Source: the human T2T-CHM13v2.0 reference genome, Homo sapiens
Strand: one strand, 5' to 3'
Length of the DNA stretch: 64,000 nt
Assembly (NCBI RefSeq): GCF_009914755.1
Contig: NC_060927.1
Positions 1-14,329 of the stretch are shown piece after piece (the stretch's first letter is position 1; every line of letters begins with the position of its first letter). Under the pieces are notes generated by a model. That model was not told the DNA's origin, did no database searches, and saw only the letters and a list, made by a program, of their open reading frames with translations. A program made the position numbers and the translations under genes.

Positions 1-193
1 AGCCCTTAATCCATTTAACCCTGAGTTGACACAGCACGTGTTTCAGGGAGCACAGGGTTGGGGGTAAGGTTACAGATTAACAGCATCTCAAGGCAGAAGA
101 ATTTTTCTTAGTACAGAACAAAATGGAGTCTCTTGTGTCACTTCTTTCTATACAGACACAGTAACAATCTGATCTCTCTTTCTTTTCCCCACA
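1..193 (-). mobile_element. HERV-K(HML-2) LTR5 (LTR5A/B-like), 5' end; continues outside window
   Basis: Reverse complement begins TGTGGGGAAAAGAAAGAGAGATCAGATTGTTACTGTGTC and continues through GGGTTAAATGGATTAAGGGCT, matching the LTR5 U3 start. Confidence 0.9.
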
Positions 194-199
194 GGGTCC

Positions 200-630
200 A
201 TCTATGCAGTCTGATCCTGACCTCTCCATTTTTCTCCCTGCTCTATGAGTGTCCCTGAGTCAATGCTACACTAGCCTATTTACTAGAACTCTATAATCTA
301 TTGTGGTATCAAGTAGGGCAATCCTCCTATCTTCCTCCTTTCCTCCAAGAGAGTCTTGGCTATTATTGATGATTTTGCATTGTCATATACATTTTCAAGC
401 CAAATCCAATCGGTTAGTCCAGTTCCACTATAAACCCTGTTGGGATTACATTGATTCTATAGAGCAGTACTGACTGATTTACACTACTGAGTTTTTCAAC
501 CCGTGAGCAATCTGTGTGTTACTCCATTTTCTCATTTTTATGTCCCTCAATAAGGTTTTATAATTTTTCCTGTAGAAGTTTTGCATGTCCTTTGGTAAAT
601 TTATTTGTAGGTAATTGAGACATTTTAAAA
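200..630 (-). mobile_element. Old L1 (L1M) fragment
   Basis: Degenerate L1 ORF2/3' antisense motifs (cttggctatt, gggattacattgattctatag, ttataattttt..tgtagaag). Confidence 0.55.
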
Positions 631-2039
631 TTGTTCCCTTTTGGGAAACTATTAAGGATCCTGTTGGAAAAACTCAACCTCATGTTCTAAATAACGTGAT
701 ATCCAGTGGTAAATGTCACTATTTCCGTGGGGTTTCTGACCCAGCCTGAGCAATCCAGAGTTTTTCTACAAGGCAGGGATGAGATTGCTAAACTCCATCC
801 ATGAAAAACCTGCTTTTAAGCCTACAGGTAAAACATTCTATTTGTTTAATAGGGCAGGGCAAGCTGTACTTCTGAAAATGCTAAGTTCAGCAGGCTTCTT
901 TTAGGAATAGTGCCAGAATTAGCCAATTCTACTTTGAAAAAAATCTCAAGTAAAATAATAAGAACTCAACATTCAGCAAATATTTATTAAGCACTTACTC
1001 TGGACCAGGTATTATTACAAGCAATGGGGATAGAGCAGTGAATGAAGACAAAGCCTGTGACCTTGTGGCAGTTATCTGGAGAGGCAGATAACAAGTGAAC
1101 AATTTATTTACTATGGAAACAGAAGTGAGGATGATGGAAACATGAGGAAAGCTTTTGTCTAAAGCAAGAATCACAGGCATCAGCCTATAGAAACAGGACA
1201 AATGGAGAAAATCACTGGAGAGAATGACAGCAAAGAAACCCCTCCAGAGAGAAGAGGTCTCAGTCCAGCCTCACACCAAGTAGAGCCTCATCAAAACGTT
1301 CTGTTCTCATAGGGAGTTGGGGGCCTGTACCAGAGGCCATGAAGTCTCTTGGAGTCCATGCTATGTGAGTGGTGCACATCTCCACTGCCCAACCCATAGA
1401 AAACTCACCTAAGTTTTCTCTCTTCTCTTCTATAGATATTTTTGGAAATGAGTTGGGGACAAGGAAAAAGCTATCATTGCACAGACATCTACCCCAATTC
1501 TGCCTCCTGCTGCACTCTCACTGAGAGACAATGGTCCAAGAAGCACTCTCCCCTCTCCATGGCTGGCTAGCTAGGTTCACATTGGTGCAAAGAGCACTCG
1601 ACATTGCCAGAAGTGTGCATCATCATGTCCCCACGGTAAGGCCCTCTCACCACCTCTCCTCAGTGACTCAGCTCTGCATTTTCTTCCATCCGATACTCTT
1701 ATCTCAACCCAAGGGGTGTCTTCCATTTATGATGTGCAAAAGAAAGGTACAGTCTTTAGCATGAGAAAGTAGTCCCTTAGACCATCATGGTGGCACACAA
1801 GACTCTGCACAGGCCATCAAGTCTGAAGAAATGAATGGGCTAGTTTGACATTTGTTTCAAAATCCCTTATAGGGAAATTTTTTTTGGTATTACTGTATAT
1901 CATTTCATATAGATATATTTCTTTTAAGTAAGTTGTCTTTTTAAGACAATATCTAGTTATTGACAATGTGCTTTTGCCATTTAGAAATAAAGAATATGAT
2001 CATTGCAATTTAAAACCCAATGAGCAGAAAAAATAATAA

Positions 2040-2560
2040 GACACTGTTGTAGAAAGGTTTGATGAATTAGAAAAAATATATGAAAACAATTATTCATAAG
2101 GAGAACAGAGAGAGGAGGAAAAAAATACAAAAGAGGAGATACAAAGAGAGTAAAATTAGAGAGTCAAACTGTCTAATTGGAGTTCCAGAGAGAGAGAAGA
2201 GAGAATAAAGAAGTCAGTGTCAAATAGATATGACTAAGAAATTCTCATGAATCTACAAATAGATATGATCCGAAATTCTCATGAATCTACAAATTCAGGA
2301 ATTCCAATGTGTAGTAAGTGGAAATGGTTTTTAAAAGCCCATTCTTATTTACATTGTTAAAGAATCCTGAAATGCCAAAACCAAAAGTGTTCTTGAAAGA
2401 AGCCAAGGAGAAAAGGAAGGACACCTGACTGTTCCCCATCAATGGTGACAGCTAGGGGACAGTAGAATGAGAAAAACAAATGGCTAACTGACTCTGTCAT
2501 TGAAGAATTAGGACAATATAATGACTTTTCCAAAAAACAAAAGTTAGTAAGGAAAAAAGA
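2040..2560 (+). mobile_element. Old L1 ORF1-region fragment with internal 34-35 bp tandem duplication (2221-2293)
   Basis: A-rich, ctaattggagttccagag and attcaggaattccaa L1 ORF1-like motifs; caaatagatatga..aaattctcatgaatcta repeated twice. Confidence 0.55.
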
Positions 2561-3154
2561 AAATGAAGGCAAAAGAAAGCTGCGGCCAGGATGAACACCA
2601 ATGTTTATGAGGATTTCTCAGTCATATCTATTGAACACCCATGTTCATCCTCCTTTCTTCCATACTAACAGAGCCTGTGAGTTTTCACTGAGCACAGGCT
2701 GAAAAGCTGGTGCCTCACATTACATGGTGGTAAAATGTTGGGTCAGGTTTTGGAGCCTGCATTGCTTTGGAGGGTAGACCAAAATTTGATCAAATCTGTG
2801 GCATTAGGAAAATGGTAGGAGAGATCCAGAGTGACGGTCTGTGTGACTCTTGGCTGCTTTAAGCATAGTCCTATGAGAGACAAGAACTCTGGCTAGATCT
2901 GGCCAGCCTACAAGCAGAAGTGAAAGGACCTAGAATTGTGCTAATGCAGGCATTTTCTGTCTTGGTCCGCAATATACAGAGTCAAACACTATTTACCCAC
3001 CTCAAGCAGTTATGAGCTACGTATCTGAAGGGACAGACTCCACAGGAGATAACACTCTTGCCCTTTGGAAAGGTAGCATGCATTAAGGTGAGATTAAGGT
3101 AGGGTTAAAGGAGTTGTTTTCCATTCCAAACCTACCATAAACAAGAAAAAAGCC

Positions 3155-3386
<232 letters not shown>

Positions 3387-3735
3387 TCAGATAATGGTAA
3401 CAAGGATTTGGAACAAGAACTCCTATACTAGGTGGTGGGAGTATAAATTGGTACAGTTTGGCATTCTTTAGTAACATAAGCATCTATATTATTGCCCTTG
3501 AAGGTATACACTAAAGAAAATCATGCACATTTGCACTAGGGTATGTGGACAAGAATTCTAATTGACAAACTTGGAAGTAGCTCTGGGTCCATCTACAGTA
3601 CTGTTGATAAACTATTGTATATTTATACCACAAAGTGCCAATCAGTGATGAAATTAAACATATCATGGCTACATGCAATGACATGTATGAATCGTACAAA
3701 TTTGGGCAAAATAAGTGTAACAATATTATTCCTAA

Positions 3736-4171
<436 letters not shown>

Positions 4172-4291
4172 TAGAGATATATTCCTTGGTGGCAAACATT
4201 AGACTGTGTAAATCAGTAACAAGATTTCTAATATATGGGGTAAAAAACAAGCAAGATAAAAGCAATCAACAAAATATTTACAAAGAGTATA

Positions 4292-4415
4292 GGCTGGGTG
4301 TGGTGGCTCATGCCTGTAACTCCAACACTTCAGGAGGCCAAAGCAGGAGAATCTCCTGAGCCCAGGAGTTCCAGATCAGCCTTGGCAATGTAGCAAGACC
4401 CTGTCTCTAATAATA
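4292..4415 (+). mobile_element. Alu left monomer (FLAM-like)
   Basis: ggctgggtgtggtggctcatgcc through agaccctgtctct, A-rich end. Confidence 0.85.
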
Positions 4416-4529
4416 ATGATAAAAATTTTAAAACGGGTATGGAGGTTATGTGAAAGATAAAGTGTTTTGAGGTCTTTGTTAATGAGAGAGTTTAAAATAT
4501 CAACTTCAGACCATAAATGTCTCTCATTC

Positions 4530-5047
4530 TACATGCTTATCTTAACATGACATTGTCACTATCCAATGGGTGGAATCTATGTCCCCTCCCTTTCAGCCTT
4601 GGTAGAAGTTCCAACTTCCTCAAGTAATAAGATAGAATGGAAATGATGCTATGTGTTTTTCAAAGATATGCCATAAAAATGCCATTCCCTTTTGTCTGGG
4701 TCCCTTGGGACATTTGCTCTTGAAACTCAGCCATCTTCCAGTGAGGAAGCCTGAGCAGCTGGGGAGAGGCCCATATGGAGAAGAACCAAAGTCCCCAGTC
4801 CCCAGCCCCAGACCAGCTGAATTCCCAGCTAACATCCAGCACTAACTTGCCAGCCAAGAGAATGACCTGTATTGAAAGTGGATTGTCCAGCCCCAGTTGG
4901 AGCCATCTCAGCAGTTGCCATGTGGAGCAGATGCAAGTCATTCCTGTCAAACTCTGTGCTTATTTGTGAGCAAAAGAAATAATTGTTTTTGTTTTAATCA
5001 ACTTAGCTTTCAGGGAGTTTGTTACTGAGCAATAGATAACTGATACA
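4530..5047 (+). mobile_element. MaLR LTR (MLT1E/F/G-like)
   Basis: ggaatctatgtcccctccc, ggagaggcccatatggagaagaacc, ends gcaatagataactgataca. Confidence 0.75.
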
Positions 5048-6154
5048 ATGGAAAAATTCTAGAGGCATTTTCACTAAAGTCAGAAACAAGACATGGATAA
5101 CCCACTATCACCACTCCTCTATATCATAGCAGTGAACTTATCAGGTAATGTAACTAGGTGAAAGTAACTTTTTATATACACAATATATGGCCAACTGACC
5201 TTCTCTTTAGAATTAACAATAAGCATTTCTCTAAATGCTCTTAGAATTTACAATAAGCTTTTATATCGATTGTATACATTAGCTACACAGTAAGCTATTA
5301 AGTGGCTGCAAAATAGTTTATATATCTATTTTCCTAGTTTTAATATTTTATAAAATTTCAACTATTATAAACATGGCTGTCATTAACATCCTTGTGGTTA
5401 ACTGAATCACATGGCAGGGAACATTTTAAGATGTTAAAATAAAAACATTAAATTTCCCTAAATTGAATTTTTAGTAGCAACAAAAGAGACTGCAGATTTG
5501 AATTTATTATCACTCATAATAATTATCATTCTTTGACAATCTGATTAGTGAAAAATTGCAATGCAGTGTTGTTTATGTGCATTTCAGTTAGGTAAAGAGC
5601 AATTGCTAACCTGCTTTGATTTGAATATTCAGGAAGAAGCTTCAAGGTTTAACTTGCCAGAAAGCTTTTTTCCATGAACTGGAAAGTTATTCTAGAAGTT
5701 GTTAAGGTCCCTTCTGCCAGCAATAGTCTATGCATGCAATAATCAAATAAAAAAGCTACTGCCTGACATGTTTACCACAAAAACAAAAATACAGTAAACT
5801 CTTATACCTTGTAATTTCACTATTCAACAATATTTGTTGAAAACTGACCACGTGCCTTGTGTTAGGCCAAGAATGTGGGATTCGACAGATAACTAGAAAC
5901 TTTCCCCATCCTCCAGGAACTTACTCTGTAATTTGGAGAGAAGACAAACACAGAAATGCATTTGTCATTTCATGAAGGTGAAAAAAGGCACAGCCAAACT
6001 GCATTAACACCATTTACCATTTGAGGTGGAAAATGGAAACTGACTCCACAGGAATGAGGCTGCTGACTCCAAAGGTAGTTTCCAGCAAGGAGTTCCAAAC
6101 ATGTTTTGAGCAATGGCAGCATTCCTAGAATTTATGTATACCTTCCTGAGTTGA

Positions 6155-6508
<354 letters not shown>

Positions 6509-7482
6509 TAATTTACAAGTCAGTCATGAAACTTTACCCATATTTCCTCAAACATTGCTAACAAATTGGAACTACTTTTGTAGTGGTCAGGTAGCTTCTT
6601 TCAGACACATCTTCTCATGGACAACCACTGAAAACTCTGGGAGAAATATACAAATGATCGTTGGATGATAGTGAGGAGAAAACAAAAGAAGGTGGTTTCT
6701 AGAGGAGAGTTGAGTCCTATAAGGAGAAAGTCACTAGGTGAGTTTGCTATATTTTGCAGCTTTTATCCTTTGGTCAACCTCAGTCCACCCCAAGCTGGGT
6801 AGCTAAAACCTGGATAGAATCCAGTGGTCTTCTTGCTTGAAGAACGAGAAGTAATTTGAAGCAATTTAATTAAAATCACCTATAGGCCCCTCTGGCACCC
6901 ATTGGTAATCATCTCAAACAAGGAAACAAATACATTTCTTGTCCCTGTTCACACGTGTACAAAGATGATAATGTGAACCCGATCTTGTTCAAGGATAAAG
7001 GACATCTTTGTGAAATGACTGAGCACAAGGTATAGCATGTGGCAATGAATGTTTCCTTCCTTTCTCCTCTTCCTTCTCAAGAAACAGTAATAATACTCTC
7101 AGAATTCAGATTTCATTCTCAAATTCCTCTGTTGGTCTCTTATCTGGACTTAATATTGTCTAATAAAACCTAAAAGAAGGTTGTCTGTCTGTGAATAATG
7201 GTCTCATAAATATTACCAAGCAGAGAGCCTTCAAACATGATGAAATCTCAAGGTCCAAGTCATTGCTAGAAAAAAAAAAAAAAAAAAGCATGGAGGAATT
7301 TAGCAGAACAAAATAGCTTTGGGGGAATATTTAATACTCAAAGGGAAAAGGAACTTGTAACTGCTTGAAGAAATAGACAGCAAAGGCTTCTCCTTTTATG
7401 CAGACACAGGACTGGGACTGGCAGGCTTAAGACATTTAGCCTTGGGACATCCATGGATGATTTAAAAATGGGCCCAGCCCTA

Positions 7483-7785
7483 GGCTGGGCGGGATGGCTC
7501 ATACCTATAATCCCAGCACTTTGGGAGGCTGAGGCAGGAAGATAGCTTGAGGCCATGAGTTCAAGACCAGCTTGGGTGATATAATGAGACTTCATCTCTT
7601 CAAAAAAATTTTTTTAACTTAGCTCAGTGTGGTGGTGCGTGCCTATAGTCTCAGCAACTCTGGAGTTTGGGGCAGGAGGATCACTTGAGCCCAGGAGATG
7701 GAGGTTTCAGTGAGCCAAGATCATGCCACTGCACACCAGTCTGGGTAACAGTGAGATGCTGTCTCAGAAAAATAAAAACCAAAAA
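7483..7785 (+). mobile_element. AluJ
   Basis: Diverged full dimer. Confidence 0.9.
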
Positions 7786-8859
7786 GGGTGGTCCCTGGTC
7801 CTCCATGACCTGTGGCCATCACCACAACCAGGCCTTCATCATAATTCTATTTTCCTTGCTTGTTTTTATGTCTTTGTATGCAACTTGTGGGGGTTTAAAA
7901 AGCTGCCTTGTGCCACCTCAGTTGTGGCTAAATCTTAGTGGTTAAGGACACAGCCCAGTGGTGTCTGTCAAAGCCTTTGGAAGAAAAGTTCTCGGTTAAA
8001 GTGAACACGACTGAGTAATCTAAGTCTGATGTAGAGAAACCCTACACAGGAGTTGGATTTTGAGGGTCAGGACATCTCAGGACCTTCACAGGCTCATATA
8101 ATCTTTGTTCCAAGTCATTGAGGTCAGCCGTTCATCCTCGGTGGTCCAGCCATAAACACATAGCCTGTGGGGTAAGAACTTGGCTGTGGAGCTGCAAGGC
8201 CTTTTTAGCACTCATCCTTAATCAGTACTGGGAAGAGCCCATGTGAGGTAAAGCAGGGGCAGAAAGTCCTAGGCTAAATTCTCTCCAAGGAGCTCACTTT
8301 CTGTAGGAGGGAGGTGGGGTGGTGAGAAATATAAGGTGGTGAGAAGGTTGATTTTATTCTTTTTAGGGCCTGAGTCCTGAGCTTTTTTTCTCAGAAGAAC
8401 AAGCTCTGGAGCACTGCAGAGGGGGATTTATTGTAAAATTGATTTCCCTTTAGTTAATATCTGAATGCAAAGACAAGCATGGGAAGAGCATTTCTCAAGA
8501 CCTTACCTTGATTGTTCCTCCAGCATCATTTTCAGGCTTCAGAAGTTCCTGTGTCATAAGGATCAACTGGAGAGAAAGTTGGTTCTGTGAGTCAGCCCTG
8601 GAGTGGCTTGAACCTGAGAAGGGGAGGAGATGGGAAGACGGACTTTCCCAGCTCTCATCAGACCATGCTGTATTGACATCCTCCAGATTCCCCAAGGTTA
8701 TCTTCTTAGGTCAATGTCTGGATGGTGCCAAGGGACTGGAGCAACAACTGTAAATGAGGAAGGAGAACTGTTAAAATGTGTCCTAGGGGAAAATGGGACT
8801 GGTCAAATTGAAGATTCTCATACTGCATTTCCAAAGATTCCCAGAATTCCCAGGATTCA

Positions 8860-9145
<286 letters not shown>

Positions 9146-9244
9146 TAAAGAAAAGCAAAAAGAGAGATAGGGGTAGGGGTAGAGGGAGAACAAAGAAAAG
9201 AGATTTGATCTGAAGTTTTGGGTAGCACGTAAGTAAGTGATCTA

Positions 9245-9605
9245 CTGCTATATAACAGTCTCCCTCAAATCAACAGCACTTATTTAGTTTAAGATTCTAC
9301 CAGGCTCAGCTGATCTGGACTTACTCATATGCCTGGGGTCAGGTTGGCTGGGAGCTGGCTGATCCCCATGGCCTGTCTCTCAGTGTTCTTTAGGGGTGCT
9401 GGGCCATGTCATCTATCAGGATAGTCACGGCATGCTCATATAGAGTCAGGTTTCCAGGAGCAGCATGCAATCTTCAAGTTTCCTCTTGCATTACCTTTAC
9501 CCTTGACCAAAGCAAGTCACCTGTTCAAGCCCAGCATCAGGATGTAAGGGTTTATCCAAGAGTGTGGATAAAGGAAAGCCTAAGCAAATAATAGGCAACA
9601 ATCTG
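9245..9605. mobile_element. Old MaLR LTR (MLT1-like) fragment
   Basis: ggctcagctga, ttgaccaaagcaagtcac, ttcaagcccag MLT1-type motifs. Confidence 0.5.
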
Positions 9606-10502
9606 CTCCATGCCGGGAATGGGAAAAGACAAAAGGCAATCATAAAAGGGCATTTCCTGATATTGGATGGCACAGTGATGGAGGCCTGGACTTCAGGAAG
9701 AAAGCAGAGTGTGGAGAGAGGCCACGTGGACCGCAGTTCCCTGGCAATGAGCCAGTGGAGAAAGCAGAGCTGTGGGAAATCAGAGACGCTCCCTGCCAAG
9801 GTTCTCCGCGACCTCTAAATTTGTAGCCTGTGCTCAAACAGGTCCGGAAACAGCCACAGAAAGACAGGAAACTGTATCCAGTCCAGCATCCCAGGATCCT
9901 CCTGCAGACGCAGCGGCCCGTCGGTGAGGGCCTCCTTGTTTTGAGCAGTCACGGCCCGGGACTTGAGGACAAGCTGAGCCCCGCGCAGGCCAGACTTTTC
10001 CAAGGACTCTACGTGTTCTGCGGAGCGGGACCAGCCTGCGCTGCGCTCTCGCCCCAAGGATCGCAGAGGGGCCAAGGCAGGAAGCTGCACCCTGGCGATG
10101 TGGCTCTCACTCAGCCTGGGCCTCTGCCACCCACTGGCTGAATCCGCAGAAGAGCGAGTGGTTGGAAGTTTCCAGTCGGATTCCTCCTCCCCCTTGGGGT
10201 GCCTGATGGGGACTAAGTCTGGCCCCCCTATTCTTTGGCCCCCACCTTCTGGTCCCAGTTGTCCCGAGTGTCCCAACTTGTGTGCACTTGTGGCTTCCCT
10301 TCAGTGCACACGGTGACCACCTGTGCCCCCAGTTGTACCCGGCCAGCCCCCAGCAGTCCCCAGTCAACTCCCAACGGCTCCCAGCCATCCCCTCACTACT
10401 CCCAGCCTCCTCCTCAAGAACCCCCAGCCTCTCTCCAACCGCCCTCACCGACCTCCCCAAGGTGGCCATTCGCTTGCATTTGGGTCTCAACCTACTCCCC
10501 TG

Positions 10503-11037
10503 TGTTAGTGCAAACTGCACTATTTTGTAAGCCTCCTGCCATTTCACAGACCCTGGTCAAAGGGAAACATTCCACGGGGTTCTGGCCACGAGAAACATCC
10601 CGCCTAACCTGACCACAAGGCACAGGAACATTCTTATCATACCCTACCCGGCAAAGGCCCAGCTAAAGGAACATCCCTATACACCCTGCTGCGCAAAGAT
10701 CCAAAGAACATCACTATCACATTCTGCCGCAAAAAGGGCCATACTGCACACACCCCTCCCACCCATACCTATAAGTACCCCAGCCTGTAAGCCGCGTGGG
10801 CTCTGGCATTAAGCTGGTCCCCTACCTCCGTAGGTTTTTGCAATATGCCTGTGTTTGCTGTAGTGCCTCCACTCTCTCTCCCTCTGTGTTTCTTTTCTTT
10901 TCTTTTCTTTTCTTTTCTTTTCTTTTTTAATACTTTAAGTTCTAGGGTACATGTGCACAACGTGGATGTTTGTTACATATGTGTACATGTATATCTCTGT
11001 GTTTCTTTAACTCTCACCTTCCCTTCAAAACCTAACA
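10503..11037 (+). mobile_element. ERVL-class solo LTR (LTR32-like), interrupted by a tiny L1
   Basis: Inverted termini TGTTAG...CTAACA, near-perfect 5 bp TSD ccctg/ccctc, TATA-like cctataag; subfamily from memory. Confidence 0.75.
10896..10994 (-). mobile_element. Extremely 5'-truncated L1PA 3' end
   Basis: Antisense of ACATGT..CATATGTAACAAAC..GTTGTGCACATGTACCCTAGAACTTAAAGTAT plus (AAAAG)n tail; TSD ctctgtgtttcttt at 10882-10895 and 10995-11008. Confidence 0.9.
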
Positions 11038-11069
11038 CCCTCGTCTGGTGGGGCTGGCCTGGGAGGGCA

Positions 11070-12000
11070 CCCTAGAGACAGCCGTGTTTAAGGGAGGTGG
11101 GAAGCTTGAGTGGGAGCTGACAAGAGGGTGGGGAGGCTGTAGGAGGCCGGGGGCAACAAAGGTGTGAAATCTTGGAGAGGAGACTGGGCAGAGCCATAAC
11201 TTTGGGAGCCTTGGAGCTGGAGGAGAGGGTGGAGAGAGACTATGCTGGGGAGGAAAGCAGAGGGGACCATGAGGCCTCCATGTCTGATGAAGAGGACCTG
11301 GGGTGCCATCAGATGTGCGACGTGGAAGGAAGCTCTGTCTGGCTGCGGCTGGGACAATGGAAGCAAGTTCCTAGGCAAGTCTGGGGCAGGGAGTTAGCCA
11401 GGACATTACATGGGCGACCTAGGAAGGAAGGAAAGTGACCTGGGTTAGGGGGTGCCTATGAGGGTGGAGAATTGCAGCCTTTTTGTCTCTCTTTTTTGGC
11501 CGTACAAAAGGTTAGTCCCAGACCAGTCAGGATGGTGGGGCAGGGCTGTGAAGATGCTGGCCAAGGTGGAGGTGGCTGAGCATAGGAGTTGGTCAGTGCC
11601 CCGGCCCTTAACTGAGGTGGGGACACAGGAACAAAGTGAGTTAAAAGCAGGAGGAGAAAGGGTGACCAGTTCAATTCTGGGGAGTTTAGTTTGTAAAGGG
11701 AGATGCAAGTTCATATGGAGGTGTCCAGTGTGCGGACATGGGTTCTGGAGGCGACAGAGAGATATGGATTGGATTCATCCACATGTATGTGGAACCACTG
11801 AATTGGTTGAAATTAGAGGGGAGCTCGGAAATCTGTGGTCAAGTCTGTCCAAAGTATAAGTAGATGGAGAGAAACTTCGAAAGAGTCAGAAGAGGCCAGG
11901 CCAGGAAAGATGAAGAAAATAATAAATAAAGGAATCTTGAAGGCAGATGGCAAAAAGAAGTTTGGAATGGAGCTTGGAGTGAATGGCAGTGCTTATCAAA
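11070..12000. mobile_element. Degenerate L2 fragments (probable)
   Basis: Purine/G-rich diverged sequence typical of L2 interiors; no diagnostic terminus. Confidence 0.4.
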
Positions 12001-12093
12001 AGTGAAATGTAATTCCACTTCTCAGTATCTACCAGGAAAGAGTAGGCATGTAAAGGGATGTAAAAGCAGAGTTTTGGGGTGGGGAGAGCAGTC

Positions 12094-12680
<587 letters not shown>

Positions 12681-13462
12681 TTGGCGGAGAATTTTTAAAA
12701 AGTCATCTGACTAAAAATCTGTCTGTTTCTTGTTATCAACATGTAATAGAAATTCTAAAAAAGTCATTGATAAACTACCCCTCCCCACTGTAGTGACTAC
12801 TGCCATACCCCTCCTTCTGGGCACAGAATTGTGTCCTGGAATTATTACAGCATTGTTTATAGTGGAGGAGCTACAGGAGAAACCTAAAATCTATTGATAG
12901 AGGTGAAAGGCAAAATCAAAGGTGTTACATGCTATGATGAAGCAGCACATGCATATAGCAGTTAAAAGGAATTTTCAAACCACTCCTCAATGTATATATA
13001 CTTCAAAACATCATTTGTACACAATAACAACAAACAACATTATCTGTCAAGTTAAACAAATTCAAAAATAAAAGAATTTACATACCTATATATCTAGCTG
13101 AATGGATCCTAAAAACATTGCTGAGAAATCAAAAGTGCACTAATATATTCATATTGACACCTTTCATTTTAAAGAAGGACAATACTTCACATGTATTAAG
13201 GAATACATATACAGACACAAAAGTGTATGAAAAGACTGGAAAGGTATGTCTCAGTAGCAGCTACTCCTGGGAAGGGCTTGAGGGCACTGGGGCTGGGGGT
13301 GGTGTCAAAGGCAACTTGAGAGACTTATAATTAAAAAAAGAACAAAGGCAAATATAAAGTAATTGGTAAAAGTTATACAACTGAAAGTAAACAATAATTT
13401 TTAAGTACCTATCATGGAGAAAAAAGACACAAACCTCTACATTGTTTAGAAAGTAAACTATT

Positions 13463-13741
13463 TGGCCAGTCACGGTGACTCACACCTGTAATCCTGGCAC
13501 TTTGGGAGGCTGAGACAGGCGGATCACATGAGGTCGGGAGTTCAAGATCAGCCTGGCCAACATGGGGAATCCCCATCTCTACTAAAAATACAAAAAAATT
13601 AACTAACGTGGTGGCACACACCTGTAATCCCAGCTATTTAGGAGGCTGAGGCATGAGAATCGTTTGAACGAGGTTGCAGAGATCGTGCCACTGCACTCCA
13701 GCCTGGGCAACAGGGCGAGACTCTGTCTCAAAAAAAAAAAG
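13463..13741 (+). mobile_element. AluS in an old L1
   Basis: Dimer with small internal deletions; TSD aagtaaa(c/g)tattt. Confidence 0.92.
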
Positions 13742-13906
13742 AAAGTAAAGTATTTGATTTGAGTCCTTCCTCCCTTCATTTTCTTATGTCTGGGCCTGCT
13801 GATCTTCCTCTGGCCTCGCCACTTTAGGGACACAGGATCATCATGGTGGGGACATCCCACTGACTTATGCTGCCACCTGCACATGCGAGGTGTTCATTGC
13901 CTTTGA

Positions 13907-14329
<423 letters not shown>

